32,000 nt of DNA from Nanobdella aerobiophila (GTDB taxonomy: Archaea > Nanobdellota > Nanobdellia > Nanobdellales > Nanobdellaceae). A program made the position numbers and the translations under genes. Under the pieces are notes generated by a model. It saw nothing but the letters and a program-made list of their open reading frames with translations. It was not told where the DNA came from and ran no database searches. This document shows positions 9,198-18,016 of the stretch, in pieces. The stretch covers positions 360,001 to 392,000 of the forward strand of contig NZ_AP019769.1 in assembly GCF_023169545.1 (NCBI RefSeq), in the 5' to 3' direction. Positions within the stretch are counted from its first letter, which is position 1; each line of letters starts with the position of its first letter.

Positions 9198-9849
9198 AGA
9201 TACTAGAATTATTAGAATATAGATTAATTATAATATTGGTTATATCTTGAACATTATAAACTTTAATATTCCCGGTTTCTAATCCATATTTTATTATATT
9301 TATCAAATTTTTGTTCTTATATTTTAAATCATATAATATTTGCTGCTCTATGTTATTTGACATATATATTGTTAATGTATCATTTATATTATTTAAATAA
9401 TCTGGAGGTATATTTATAATTCCAACATTAGTAAATGTATACGCAGCACAGGAGTGGTTCAAACATAATATAAACGAATATTTTGGGTATAATATATCTA
9501 CTTTATTTTCATATAATTCATAATTGTATCTTACAATACTATCATTCTCTATATAATAATCTATTTGTTTTATAAAAGATATAGATTGATTTCCATCAGA
9601 AAAATCTATATATCTATTATTATTCAATATGCCATTTATAGATATTAAAAATAAATCATATCCAGATATATTTAACTGATAATAATCTATAACTTCTGTA
9701 TTATTTTGAGTAATATTTGCTATAAATGGAAAGTTAAATGTATATACAGGATAAAAAAATAATCTATAGAATATTGAAGACGATATAACAAGTGCAGAAA
9801 ATACTATCAAAAAAATAATAATCTTGTTTTTAATATATGACCTCCTCAA
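9175..9849 (-). CDS. Signal-anchored N/Y-rich hypothetical protein
   Basis: 224 aa. N-terminal TM IIIFLIVFSALVISSSIF, then an Asn/Tyr-rich sequon-bearing ectodomain. The track start is a TTG and no nearby in-frame ATG exists, so the exact start is uncertain. It overlaps the ndk 3' end by 20 nt, and its 3' end overlaps the convergent 8352-9197 gene by 23 nt. Confidence 0.5.
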   Translation of the reverse strand: MRRSYIKNKIIIFLIVFSALVISSSIFYRLFFYPVYTFNFPFIANITQNNTEVIDYYQLNISGYDLFLISINGILNNNRYIDFSDGNQSISFIKQIDYYIENDSIVRYNYELYENKVDILYPKYSFILCLNHSCAAYTFTNVGIINIPPDYLNNINDTLTIYMSNNIEQQILYDLKYKNKNLINIIKYGLETGNIKVYNVQDITNIIINLYSNNSSISTSQMGS

Positions 9850-10435
9850 TGTTTCTAGTATAATTATATATTTCTTCTAGCTTAAATATAACAAATATCT
9901 CTCTCATTGCATCTTTCTCATTTTCTGAAGCATGAACTACATTTCTCAATACAATCTTATTCCAGTTTGCATACGCTATAGACATATGAGCATAGTCTCC
10001 CCTTATAGTACCTGGTGGGGCTTTTAGCGGTTCTGTAGAGCCAACCAGTTTCCTTACTTCTTCTATAGAATTTACACCCTCTAATACTATAGCAACTATT
10101 GGAGCAGAAGTAATAAAATCTATAAGCCATTGCCTTATTATTTTTCCTATTTCTTTTGGATCATCAGTATTAAATTCTTTCTTTGGATCTAAGCCCATCT
10201 CTCTATATCTTGTTAAAGTCTTTGAACCAACAGTAGCTAACCAATTCTCATCAGAGTAATAAAATTCCTCCGCTGTTTTTTTATCTAGTTTTACCATCTT
10301 TAAAGCAACAATTTTTAGCCCTACCTTCTCAAATCTTGATATTATTTCTCCAATTAAACCCCTTTTTACACTATCTGGCTTTATTAAAACTAGAGTTTTT
10401 TGAACCAGATCTTTTCCACTCATTTTATTTTCCAT
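9830..10435 (-). CDS. ndk: Nucleoside diphosphate kinase (long archaeal form)
   Basis: 201 aa. [34 protein letters not shown], active-site context NVVHASEN, and an internal insertion relative to ~150-aa NDKs. Confidence 0.9.
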   Translation of the reverse strand: MENKMSGKDLVQKTLVLIKPDSVKRGLIGEIISRFEKVGLKIVALKMVKLDKKTAEEFYYSDENWLATVGSKTLTRYREMGLDPKKEFNTDDPKEIGKIIRQWLIDFITSAPIVAIVLEGVNSIEEVRKLVGSTEPLKAPPGTIRGDYAHMSIAYANWNKIVLRNVVHASENEKDAMREIFVIFKLEEIYNYTRNIEEVIY

Positions 10436-10601
10436 ATTTATTTGTCCATTTTAGTTCTTTGCTTGGTCTATTTAATTTCCAGTTTTTATAGCATTTATTT
10501 GAACAAAAGTAATATACCCTACCATCATTTTGTGAATATAACAAACCAGTACCAGGCTCTATTTGGTTACCACAAAATGAACAATTATTTTTAACTACCA
10601 T
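10425..10601 (-). CDS. rpl24e: 50S ribosomal protein eL24
   Basis: Not in the ORF track (58 aa). My translation is [58 protein letters not shown]. It has the C-x2-C...C-x3-C zinc ribbon and the eL24 pattern. It starts 1 nt after the eS28 stop and overlaps the ndk start. Confidence 0.85.
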   Translation of the reverse strand: MVVKNNCSFCGNQIEPGTGLLYSQNDGRVYYFCSNKCYKNWKLNRPSKELKWTNKYGK

Positions 10602-10602
10602 C

Positions 10603-10896
10603 TTATTCTTTCTTTTCTATCGGCATAGCCGATATTTCAGTATCCCTTAACAATATTATATCGCCCTTCCTAATTGGACCAGTGATATTTTTTCTAATTA
10701 TCTTACCAGCATCAGGACCTTCAGCTACTCTTATTATAGCATGTATAGCTTCGCCTCTCATACCAGTTCTACCTATCAAATCTATTATCTCTCCTTTGTA
10801 TGCTTTACTCCAATTTACAGTATTTTCTTTTATAATATTATCTTCCAGATGCTTTACACCTTCTTCAGATACCTTGTTTTCTACTTTCCGTGGCAT
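10603..10896 (-). CDS. rps28e: 30S ribosomal protein eS28 with a ~30-aa N-terminal extension
   Basis: 97 aa. [53 protein letters not shown] matches the eS28 core. No internal Met is available to shorten it. Confidence 0.85.
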   Translation of the reverse strand: MPRKVENKVSEEGVKHLEDNIIKENTVNWSKAYKGEIIDLIGRTGMRGEAIHAIIRVAEGPDAGKIIRKNITGPIRKGDIILLRDTEISAMPIEKKE

Positions 10897-10950
10897 ATCA
10901 ACTTAATGTTATAAAAGGATTTTTAAATTTTTTATTAAAATTAATAAAAG

Positions 10951-13900
10951 ATGCTATTAAACAAAAATAAAAATATCCTGATAGAGATAGTAATAATAAT
11001 ATTTATATTTCTATTTGCCCTAGGATCGAAAGGTTTACTGTTAGAGGCCTTACCCAACTATAGTCTAGTAGGACCAGATGCATATTATTTTTTCTATTAT
11101 TTTGAATACCTAATCGCACATCATACTATAAATAATTTAACTTTCCATTTATATTATCCATTGTACCAACCACTGGATAATAAAGATATGGTTTCTTATT
11201 TAAGTTATGTCTCATATATTTTATTCTCTAATCCTATAAGTTCTGGAATTATTGGATATTTACTAAACTTTTTAAATATACATCCTGCAGCCAATATAAC
11301 TATATGGTTGTCAGCGGACTTTACAAACGCATATGTACCAGCAATAGCTGCAATAATATTTTACTTCTTATCGAAAAGCATATTCAAAGATAGATACTTG
11401 GCATTATTATCAGCAATAGTATTTTCAATAAATCCATTTCTAACTACAAGACTCGTATTATACGATACTGAGCTTGGAGCTATAATATTTTTAGTAGCTT
11501 CTTTCTATCTAATTATAAAATATATTAAAGGAAAATCTGGAGAGAACATCTACAAGAAAATTGGACTACTATCATACTCTATAGTAGCATTAATAATATT
11601 TTATTATACCTCAATTATGCCAAATTATGATGTACTAATAACTATAGAATTATTTGCATTCTTAGCTGGATTACTATTATTATATCCTCTATTCAAAGGG
11701 ACAAGAGAGTACTACTTAACATTACTGATATTTACAACAGCTTTGACAAGAAAAGGATGGGGAGGATGGATTATAATCCCTATGACATTCGGATTATATG
11801 GCATCCTAGCATATGTACTTAATAAAGATACTAGCGATATGTATTTTTTCTTACCTTATATGGGTTTTACAGGGGTACTAGATTCTGAACTAAATATTCA
11901 TTTATTTTTAGCAGATCATAATATACTATTTGAGCTCGGATTAATATTACCATATCTTTATGCAATATTAAGAAAAGTAGATATATTTAATAGATCAATA
12001 TTTAATAAGCTAGATAAATACTCTGAGAACTTGAGTAGATTCTCTTTAATATTAATCTTATTCATAATTGCATCACCAATAATAGCATCTAAAGTTATCG
12101 GAGAATTCTTAATAAATCCATTTACAGCCTCAAGAATGGGATCTACAATAGCAGAATTTCAGTCTACACCAGCATCATATTATTTCCAATTATTCTCTCC
12201 AGTAGGTGTATTATTTGCCTACCTGGGTCTAGGTTATCTGATATTTGATAAAACAAAACCAGCAATATATACTTATATAGAATTTATATTTCTATTCTTA
12301 TTAGTTGGATTAGAGATAGTTTTAGGATCATCAGTTGGCATCTTATTATTTATGTTAATTATATTTATTGTATCTATATTCAATATAAATAAAAATAAAA
12401 AAGAACTAAGATATAAATTGCAATCAATATTCGAAATTTCTACATTATCTATTGCAATGTATATGATTGTATTTACAGATATAGTATTAAATGGACAATA
12501 TATAAGTATATTCTTCTCATGGATGATATTTTTCGTATTTATAGTACCTTACATATTACTATATAGAAAAGATATGGAAGATTATGAATTATTTATACTA
12601 TCACTAAGCTTTTTAACAATAATAGTTGGAAAATATATATATGAGCTAGTTTATTATGCAGGATTAGCAGTACCTTTCTTGTTTATATATGGCATTAAAG
12701 TTATAGATATATTTAAACCATATTATGAAAAATTAAAAACTAATGTAAAAGAATACTTAAATTTAATATTATTATTAATAGTAGCTATATCAGGTATATC
12801 CATTAGTATATTTACAAAGATACCAGTTATAGGAATTCTACCTGCTGCATTCTTTATATTATACTTATTATATGAATTTATATTAGATAAAAAAATAGAA
12901 GATATAAATACATTAAAATATGCTATAATATTATTATCATTCTATGGTATATCAATAGGATTAAGTAATAATATTTATGGGGCTCTTGGCTATATACAAA
13001 ATTATTTTATACCATTATCAACACAAGGTACGCCAGGATACGAAATATCTGCATTTACATGGATAGCCCAAAATACCCCTATAGATTCTATAATAAATTC
13101 CTGGTGGGACTATGGTTATTACATATTTACAGTTGCAAATAGAACTGCATGGATAGATGGATCTAATTCATACCCATATTGGAATCATTTGATGGGCAGA
13201 TATGGATTATCATCTGATAATATTACAAAAACTCTTCAGTTATTTTATGTACATGCAGATTATAATTATCAGACATTTAAGACATTAGAATTATTCAATG
13301 AGAATCAAGTATTTTATGACGATATATATACTAATCTAGGATTTACAGAGCAACAAGTAAGAGAGATAGAACAGCTAAAAAATATGATTGGATACAAAAA
13401 TTGGATAAAATTACTATACGAGTATAATGGAACTAATGAATCTGTATTAAACTTCAATCTATCAACAACAGACCTATATTTATTAAATAAATTATATAAT
13501 ATGAATTATCTAAGACCAGCATATTTGTATATAGACCCAACAGATATAGGTAAATCATTCGCATTTCAATTTTTAGGATCAAATGAAACATATGATAAAG
13601 AGTCGTGGATATCACAATTTGAATCTGGAACAAATACAAATCCCGGACCACAAATACCATCTATATATTACAATGGATACTATGTATTCGCACAAAATAA
13701 TAGTTTATACTTCTTTGGAGAGATGCCATTAGATCAAAATTTAGATATAAATGGGACAATAATTCAGAGTTGTATATATGAACAAAATCTAGGTATAGTA
13801 AATCAGAATTCTTGTGGAGTCGTAAATGCGGTTCAAATAGTATTTAATAATTCTTTAGTAGAACAATCAGGACTGTATCAAAGCTTAAATGTATCTAAAA

Positions 13901-14418
13901 TAACACCAAATGATATACAGAGCGCATATGTATATATACTAGATCCTATAAATAATCAAAACTACAGATTATCATTACAATATGTAGATCTAGATGGTCA
14001 GTTACTAAACTTTTCAAATGCACAATACGGAGGAATGCTATATATATCACCAACCCTATCCTTACTAGAACAAAATAACCAAGTAGGATCATTCCTATAC
14101 GCATATATGATATCACAAAAGGCATTTAAATATGATTGGGTACAATTATATTTCCTAAATAATTCTTATAATGGTCTATTTAATCTAGATTTTTATAGCA
14201 ACCAGTATTTACAATTACAGAATGGAATAACAATAAGCTTACCACCAATAGTATACTCTGATGTAGCACCTTCAAAAGTTTGGCAAATAAATTTCCCACA
14301 GAACTTTACAGTACCAGACAGTTTATATTGCATATATCTTGCACAAAACTTACAACAGATAAATGAATGCGCTCAGATATATAATTTAACACCATACACA
14401 AATTATTACAATGTATAA
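10951..14418 (+). CDS. aglB: Archaeal oligosaccharyltransferase AglB (STT3 family)
   Basis: 1155 aa polytopic N-terminal half. It has the WWDYG motif (tgg tgg gac tat ggt at 13102-13116, aa 718-722), acidic-loop motifs VGPDAYYF and YDTELG, and a large soluble C-terminal domain. Confidence 0.9.
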   Translation: MLLNKNKNILIEIVIIIFIFLFALGSKGLLLEALPNYSLVGPDAYYFFYYFEYLIAHHTINNLTFHLYYPLYQPLDNKDMVSYLSYVSYILFSNPISSGIIGYLLNFLNIHPAANITIWLSADFTNAYVPAIAAIIFYFLSKSIFKDRYLALLSAIVFSINPFLTTRLVLYDTELGAIIFLVASFYLIIKYIKGKSGENIYKKIGLLSYSIVALIIFYYTSIMPNYDVLITIELFAFLAGLLLLYPLFKGTREYYLTLLIFTTALTRKGWGGWIIIPMTFGLYGILAYVLNKDTSDMYFFLPYMGFTGVLDSELNIHLFLADHNILFELGLILPYLYAILRKVDIFNRSIFNKLDKYSENLSRFSLILILFIIASPIIASKVIGEFLINPFTASRMGSTIAEFQSTPASYYFQLFSPVGVLFAYLGLGYLIFDKTKPAIYTYIEFIFLFLLVGLEIVLGSSVGILLFMLIIFIVSIFNINKNKKELRYKLQSIFEISTLSIAMYMIVFTDIVLNGQYISIFFSWMIFFVFIVPYILLYRKDMEDYELFILSLSFLTIIVGKYIYELVYYAGLAVPFLFIYGIKVIDIFKPYYEKLKTNVKEYLNLILLLIVAISGISISIFTKIPVIGILPAAFFILYLLYEFILDKKIEDINTLKYAIILLSFYGISIGLSNNIYGALGYIQNYFIPLSTQGTPGYEISAFTWIAQNTPIDSIINSWWDYGYYIFTVANRTAWIDGSNSYPYWNHLMGRYGLSSDNITKTLQLFYVHADYNYQTFKTLELFNENQVFYDDIYTNLGFTEQQVREIEQLKNMIGYKNWIKLLYEYNGTNESVLNFNLSTTDLYLLNKLYNMNYLRPAYLYIDPTDIGKSFAFQFLGSNETYDKESWISQFESGTNTNPGPQIPSIYYNGYYVFAQNNSLYFFGEMPLDQNLDINGTIIQSCIYEQNLGIVNQNSCGVVNAVQIVFNNSLVEQSGLYQSLNVSKITPNDIQSAYVYILDPINNQNYRLSLQYVDLDGQLLNFSNAQYGGMLYISPTLSLLEQNNQVGSFLYAYMISQKAFKYDWVQLYFLNNSYNGLFNLDFYSNQYLQLQNGITISLPPIVYSDVAPSKVWQINFPQNFTVPDSLYCIYLAQNLQQINECAQIYNLTPYTNYYNV

Positions 14419-15424
14419 TTTTCTTAATCTATTATTAGCTATAGTTCCAGGAATTATAACATTCTTAGTATCATATTTTTTAATAAGAAAATGGATAAAT
14501 ATTGCTAAAAAAACAAATTATCTGGGAAAGGATATGAATAAGTACGAAAAACCATTAGTAGCAGAAATTGGAGGATTATATAGCATTATAGGTATTATAT
14601 TTGGAATTTTAATATACATAGGATTAAAAGTATATATATTTAATACAAATTATGATCTAGTAGATGTATTTGCAATACTAACAATATTGTCTTTAGTAAC
14701 TATAATAGGACTATTTGATGATATATTAGGATGGAAGAAAGGATTGAAACCCTGGGAAAAACCATTATTAACATTTATACTAGCTTTACCATTGATTATA
14801 ATATCTGCCGGCAATCCATATATGCAAGTTCCATTTATAGGCATTATAAATCTTGGATTATTATATCCATTATTTATAGTACCTATAATTATTATGGGAA
14901 CATCTAATGGTTTTAATATGCTTGCCGGTTACAATGGTTTAGAAGCATCATTAGGTGGAATAATATTGTTTATATTAGGAGTTAAATTATATATGATAGG
15001 TCAGTATTATCTATCAGAGATTGCCTTAATATCTTTATTTGGTATCCTCGCATTCTTAATATTCAATTGGTATCCATCAAAAGTATTTCCAGGAAATTCA
15101 TTTACATATGGTATTGGTGCCCTATTTGGAACCTTGGTAATATTAGGTAATCTAGAACAATTAGGATTTATATTATTTATACCATATTTCATTGAATTAA
15201 TATTATTCATAAGAGGATTATTAAACCATGTATATAAAGAAAATTTTGGAATACCAAATGAAAAAAATGAGCTAAATGAACCATATAAAAAGGTATACAG
15301 TTTAACTCATCTTGCTATAAAATTAGATAAAAAAATATTTAAAAGAGCAACAGAAAAATCTGTAGTATTCACTATAATATTTATAGAAATATTATTTTCT
15401 ATATTAGGAATATTATATGGATAA
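14411..15424 (+). CDS. Polyprenyl/dolichyl-phosphate N-acetylhexosamine-1-phosphate transferase (GT4 MraY/WecA/GPT family, AglH-like)
   Basis: 337 aa polytopic protein. Motifs GLFDDILGWKKG and NGFNMLAGYNGLE are typical of the family. It overlaps aglB by 8 nt. Confidence 0.8.
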   Translation: MYNFLNLLLAIVPGIITFLVSYFLIRKWINIAKKTNYLGKDMNKYEKPLVAEIGGLYSIIGIIFGILIYIGLKVYIFNTNYDLVDVFAILTILSLVTIIGLFDDILGWKKGLKPWEKPLLTFILALPLIIISAGNPYMQVPFIGIINLGLLYPLFIVPIIIMGTSNGFNMLAGYNGLEASLGGIILFILGVKLYMIGQYYLSEIALISLFGILAFLIFNWYPSKVFPGNSFTYGIGALFGTLVILGNLEQLGFILFIPYFIELILFIRGLLNHVYKENFGIPNEKNELNEPYKKVYSLTHLAIKLDKKIFKRATEKSVVFTIIFIEILFSILGILYG

Positions 15425-17186
15425 AATAGTATATATTTATGAAAAAAAAGATAAAGACAAATTCTTAGATAATTTTCATCTTTTATATAGTTTATCTAAA
15501 AAAAATAGGCTAGAATTAATATGTATAATACATAAAAGTTTTAGGAATATTGCTATTAAATTAAAAGAGAATCACAATGTTAGATTTTACCTAATAAACA
15601 ATAAAAAGGATATAAATAAAATAAAAATTTATGGTAAAAAAATAATTATATATAATGAGATAAACTTTAATATAAAAAATATAAATGATATACTAAAAAA
15701 TATAGAAAAAAATAAAATATTAATAGTTAAAAACAAGTTTATTAATAAAAAAATAATAAATAAGTATATAATAGGTAAAGAAGAAGAAAAATTAAATTAT
15801 AATTTTTTAATAGAATATTATAGATATAATAAAAAATATTTTCTAGATAATTATAACTTTAAATTTAATATAATAAAATTAATTAATATCAATATATTTA
15901 TTTATATAAAAAAAATACTAAAACTAATAGAAAAGATACTGAGTAGAAAATTTATTAGCGATTATATACACGAAAAAACAGGACTACTATCATATAAATT
16001 TTTATCATTAGTTACAACAATAGTTTTAGTTAGATTATTGACAGTAAGTTATTATGGAGAGTATATAACAATATATAATTTCTTATTAATAGTTTCTGGA
16101 TTCATAGGTTCTTCAAATATTATACTAACCAAAAGTTTGGTAGAAAGTAATAACAAAAGCTACATTGAGATTGATATAATAGTAAAAATATTATTTACTA
16201 TGATAGCTGGAATGATTATAATAATTTTACTTCCTTATATATCAAAATATGTATTTTATAGCTATAATTTATATTCTATATTCTTAATATTTTTAGCAGC
16301 AATATTTTTATCATTAGAGGGTCTAGGAATAAGTATACTATATTCTTATTTAAACTTCAAAGACTCAAAATATATAACAATTATAGAAGGTCTATCTAAA
16401 TTTATATTAATTATATCCTTAACCATAATATATAAAAATTATGGATTTATAATTGGATTACCAATTGCTTTCTTTCTAACTGACCTATATATATTATACT
16501 ATTTTAGAAGGACTAAAGTCAAAATAAATATAGATATTTACGAAATTATAAAAAATAGTGGTAATAAAATAAAAGGATATTTAAAAAATATATTATATAT
16601 AAGTCTACCTCCATTATTATTTAATTTATATACAAGCTTTGATATACAAATATTAAGAATATTTACATCATTTCAAGATGTAGGATATTTTTATAATGCA
16701 ATATTAATTGTATCAACATTGTCTAATATATTATCTATATCAAGTATATCTCTACCAAGAATATTAAGATGGAAAAAAGAAGAAATATCTAGAAATATTC
16801 CCAAATTGATAATAGCTCAATTAATAATAAACATAATTATATATTTTACATTATTTCTAACTGGAAAATATATTATAATATTACTATATGGAAAAGGATA
16901 TTTATTATCCGCAGAATTGATAAAGTATCTTGGAATAATTTTTATAATTCAAAGTTTTAATATATTTAGTTTAATATTATATAAAGCCGGACTAGAAAAA
17001 TATTATGGTATATATACTGTATCTGTATCTTTACTTTCTATAGTTTATGACTTATTATTAATACCAAGATTTAGATTAGATGGTGCAATAGCTGCTGCAA
17101 TATTATCAAATTTAACAAACATATTAATAGCTTTCTATATATATAAAACTAAATATGATAACATCACTCCCAGACCTGTTTATTGA
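15417..17186 (+). CDS. MOP-superfamily (Wzx/AglR-like) oligosaccharide flippase with a ~175-aa K/N-rich N-terminal extension
   Basis: 589 aa. From about aa 178 onward there are ~12 hydrophobic spans with Wzx-like organisation. aa 1-175 are soluble and low-complexity. It overlaps the upstream gene by 8 nt. Confidence 0.6.
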   Translation: MDKIVYIYEKKDKDKFLDNFHLLYSLSKKNRLELICIIHKSFRNIAIKLKENHNVRFYLINNKKDINKIKIYGKKIIIYNEINFNIKNINDILKNIEKNKILIVKNKFINKKIINKYIIGKEEEKLNYNFLIEYYRYNKKYFLDNYNFKFNIIKLININIFIYIKKILKLIEKILSRKFISDYIHEKTGLLSYKFLSLVTTIVLVRLLTVSYYGEYITIYNFLLIVSGFIGSSNIILTKSLVESNNKSYIEIDIIVKILFTMIAGMIIIILLPYISKYVFYSYNLYSIFLIFLAAIFLSLEGLGISILYSYLNFKDSKYITIIEGLSKFILIISLTIIYKNYGFIIGLPIAFFLTDLYILYYFRRTKVKINIDIYEIIKNSGNKIKGYLKNILYISLPPLLFNLYTSFDIQILRIFTSFQDVGYFYNAILIVSTLSNILSISSISLPRILRWKKEEISRNIPKLIIAQLIINIIIYFTLFLTGKYIIILLYGKGYLLSAELIKYLGIIFIIQSFNIFSLILYKAGLEKYYGIYTVSVSLLSIVYDLLLIPRFRLDGAIAAAILSNLTNILIAFYIYKTKYDNITPRPVY

Positions 17187-18015
17187 TATATTAATAAAGA
17201 ACATAAAGATTAATAAAAATACGGGCAATATAAACAAGGATATAATTATAAAATTGGGTGGAAATGCTGGAAATTTTTCGTTAGCACTAGCTAAACTTAA
17301 CATTGAGAATAATCTAATTGCTGGCTGTAATAAATTATTAGAATATTATTTCAAAAATTATATAGATGATCATAAATTAAAGATAAACTTTTTACCTGTA
17401 TACAAAGATATATCTATTACAATAAGTTTCGAAAATGATGATGATAGAACCATGATTACAGATCCCAAAGGTATACAGATAGACGATCAAGATATAAAAG
17501 AATATTATAATTTAATTTCTAAATCCGATTACATATTTTTTGGAAATTGGAATAATAATAAAAAATCTAATAAATTATTAAAATATGTACTAGATACTAA
17601 TAATAAAATATATTTAGATATGGGAGACCCTTCCGTAAATAAAGAAAATCTAGAAGAATTTATAGAAATAATTAAAGAAAAAAAGATATGGGTTTTAGGT
17701 TTAAATGATTATGAATTAAAATATTTGGGGAAATATATTGGTATAAAAGGCAGTATACAATATATATCTAACAGAATATATAATGAATTTAATTTAGAAC
17801 ATTTGGATGTACATTCTCCAGATTTTGTATATACATTACCTTCAGATAAATATATAGAAATTAAAAAAATAAAACCAAAGATAATCACTGGAGTAGGAGA
17901 TTACTGGAATGCTGGAAATTTCTATGGATATATAAACAATTTTGATGATTCTGAAAGGCTCAATTTTGCCAATAATTTTGCTAAAATGTATATTTCTAAA
18001 AAAATAGAAATATGA
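17155..18015 (+). CDS. PfkB/ribokinase-family carbohydrate kinase
   Basis: 286 aa. N-terminal KLGGNAGNFSLALAKL (GG motif) and C-terminal ITGVGDYWNAGNFYG (a relaxed version of the DTxGAGD anion-hole motif). It overlaps the flippase gene by 32 nt. Confidence 0.6.
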   Translation: MITSLPDLFIDILIKNIKINKNTGNINKDIIIKLGGNAGNFSLALAKLNIENNLIAGCNKLLEYYFKNYIDDHKLKINFLPVYKDISITISFENDDDRTMITDPKGIQIDDQDIKEYYNLISKSDYIFFGNWNNNKKSNKLLKYVLDTNNKIYLDMGDPSVNKENLEEFIEIIKEKKIWVLGLNDYELKYLGKYIGIKGSIQYISNRIYNEFNLEHLDVHSPDFVYTLPSDKYIEIKKIKPKIITGVGDYWNAGNFYGYINNFDDSERLNFANNFAKMYISKKIEI

Positions 18016-18016
18016 A

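Noticed and set aside
3706-9829. Possible integrated mobile element using tRNA-Lys as an attachment site
   Set aside because: There is no integrase, transposase or plasmid/virus gene. I saw no direct repeat of the tRNA-Lys 3' end elsewhere in the block. I therefore treat it as a rearrangement or insertion of cellular genes only.
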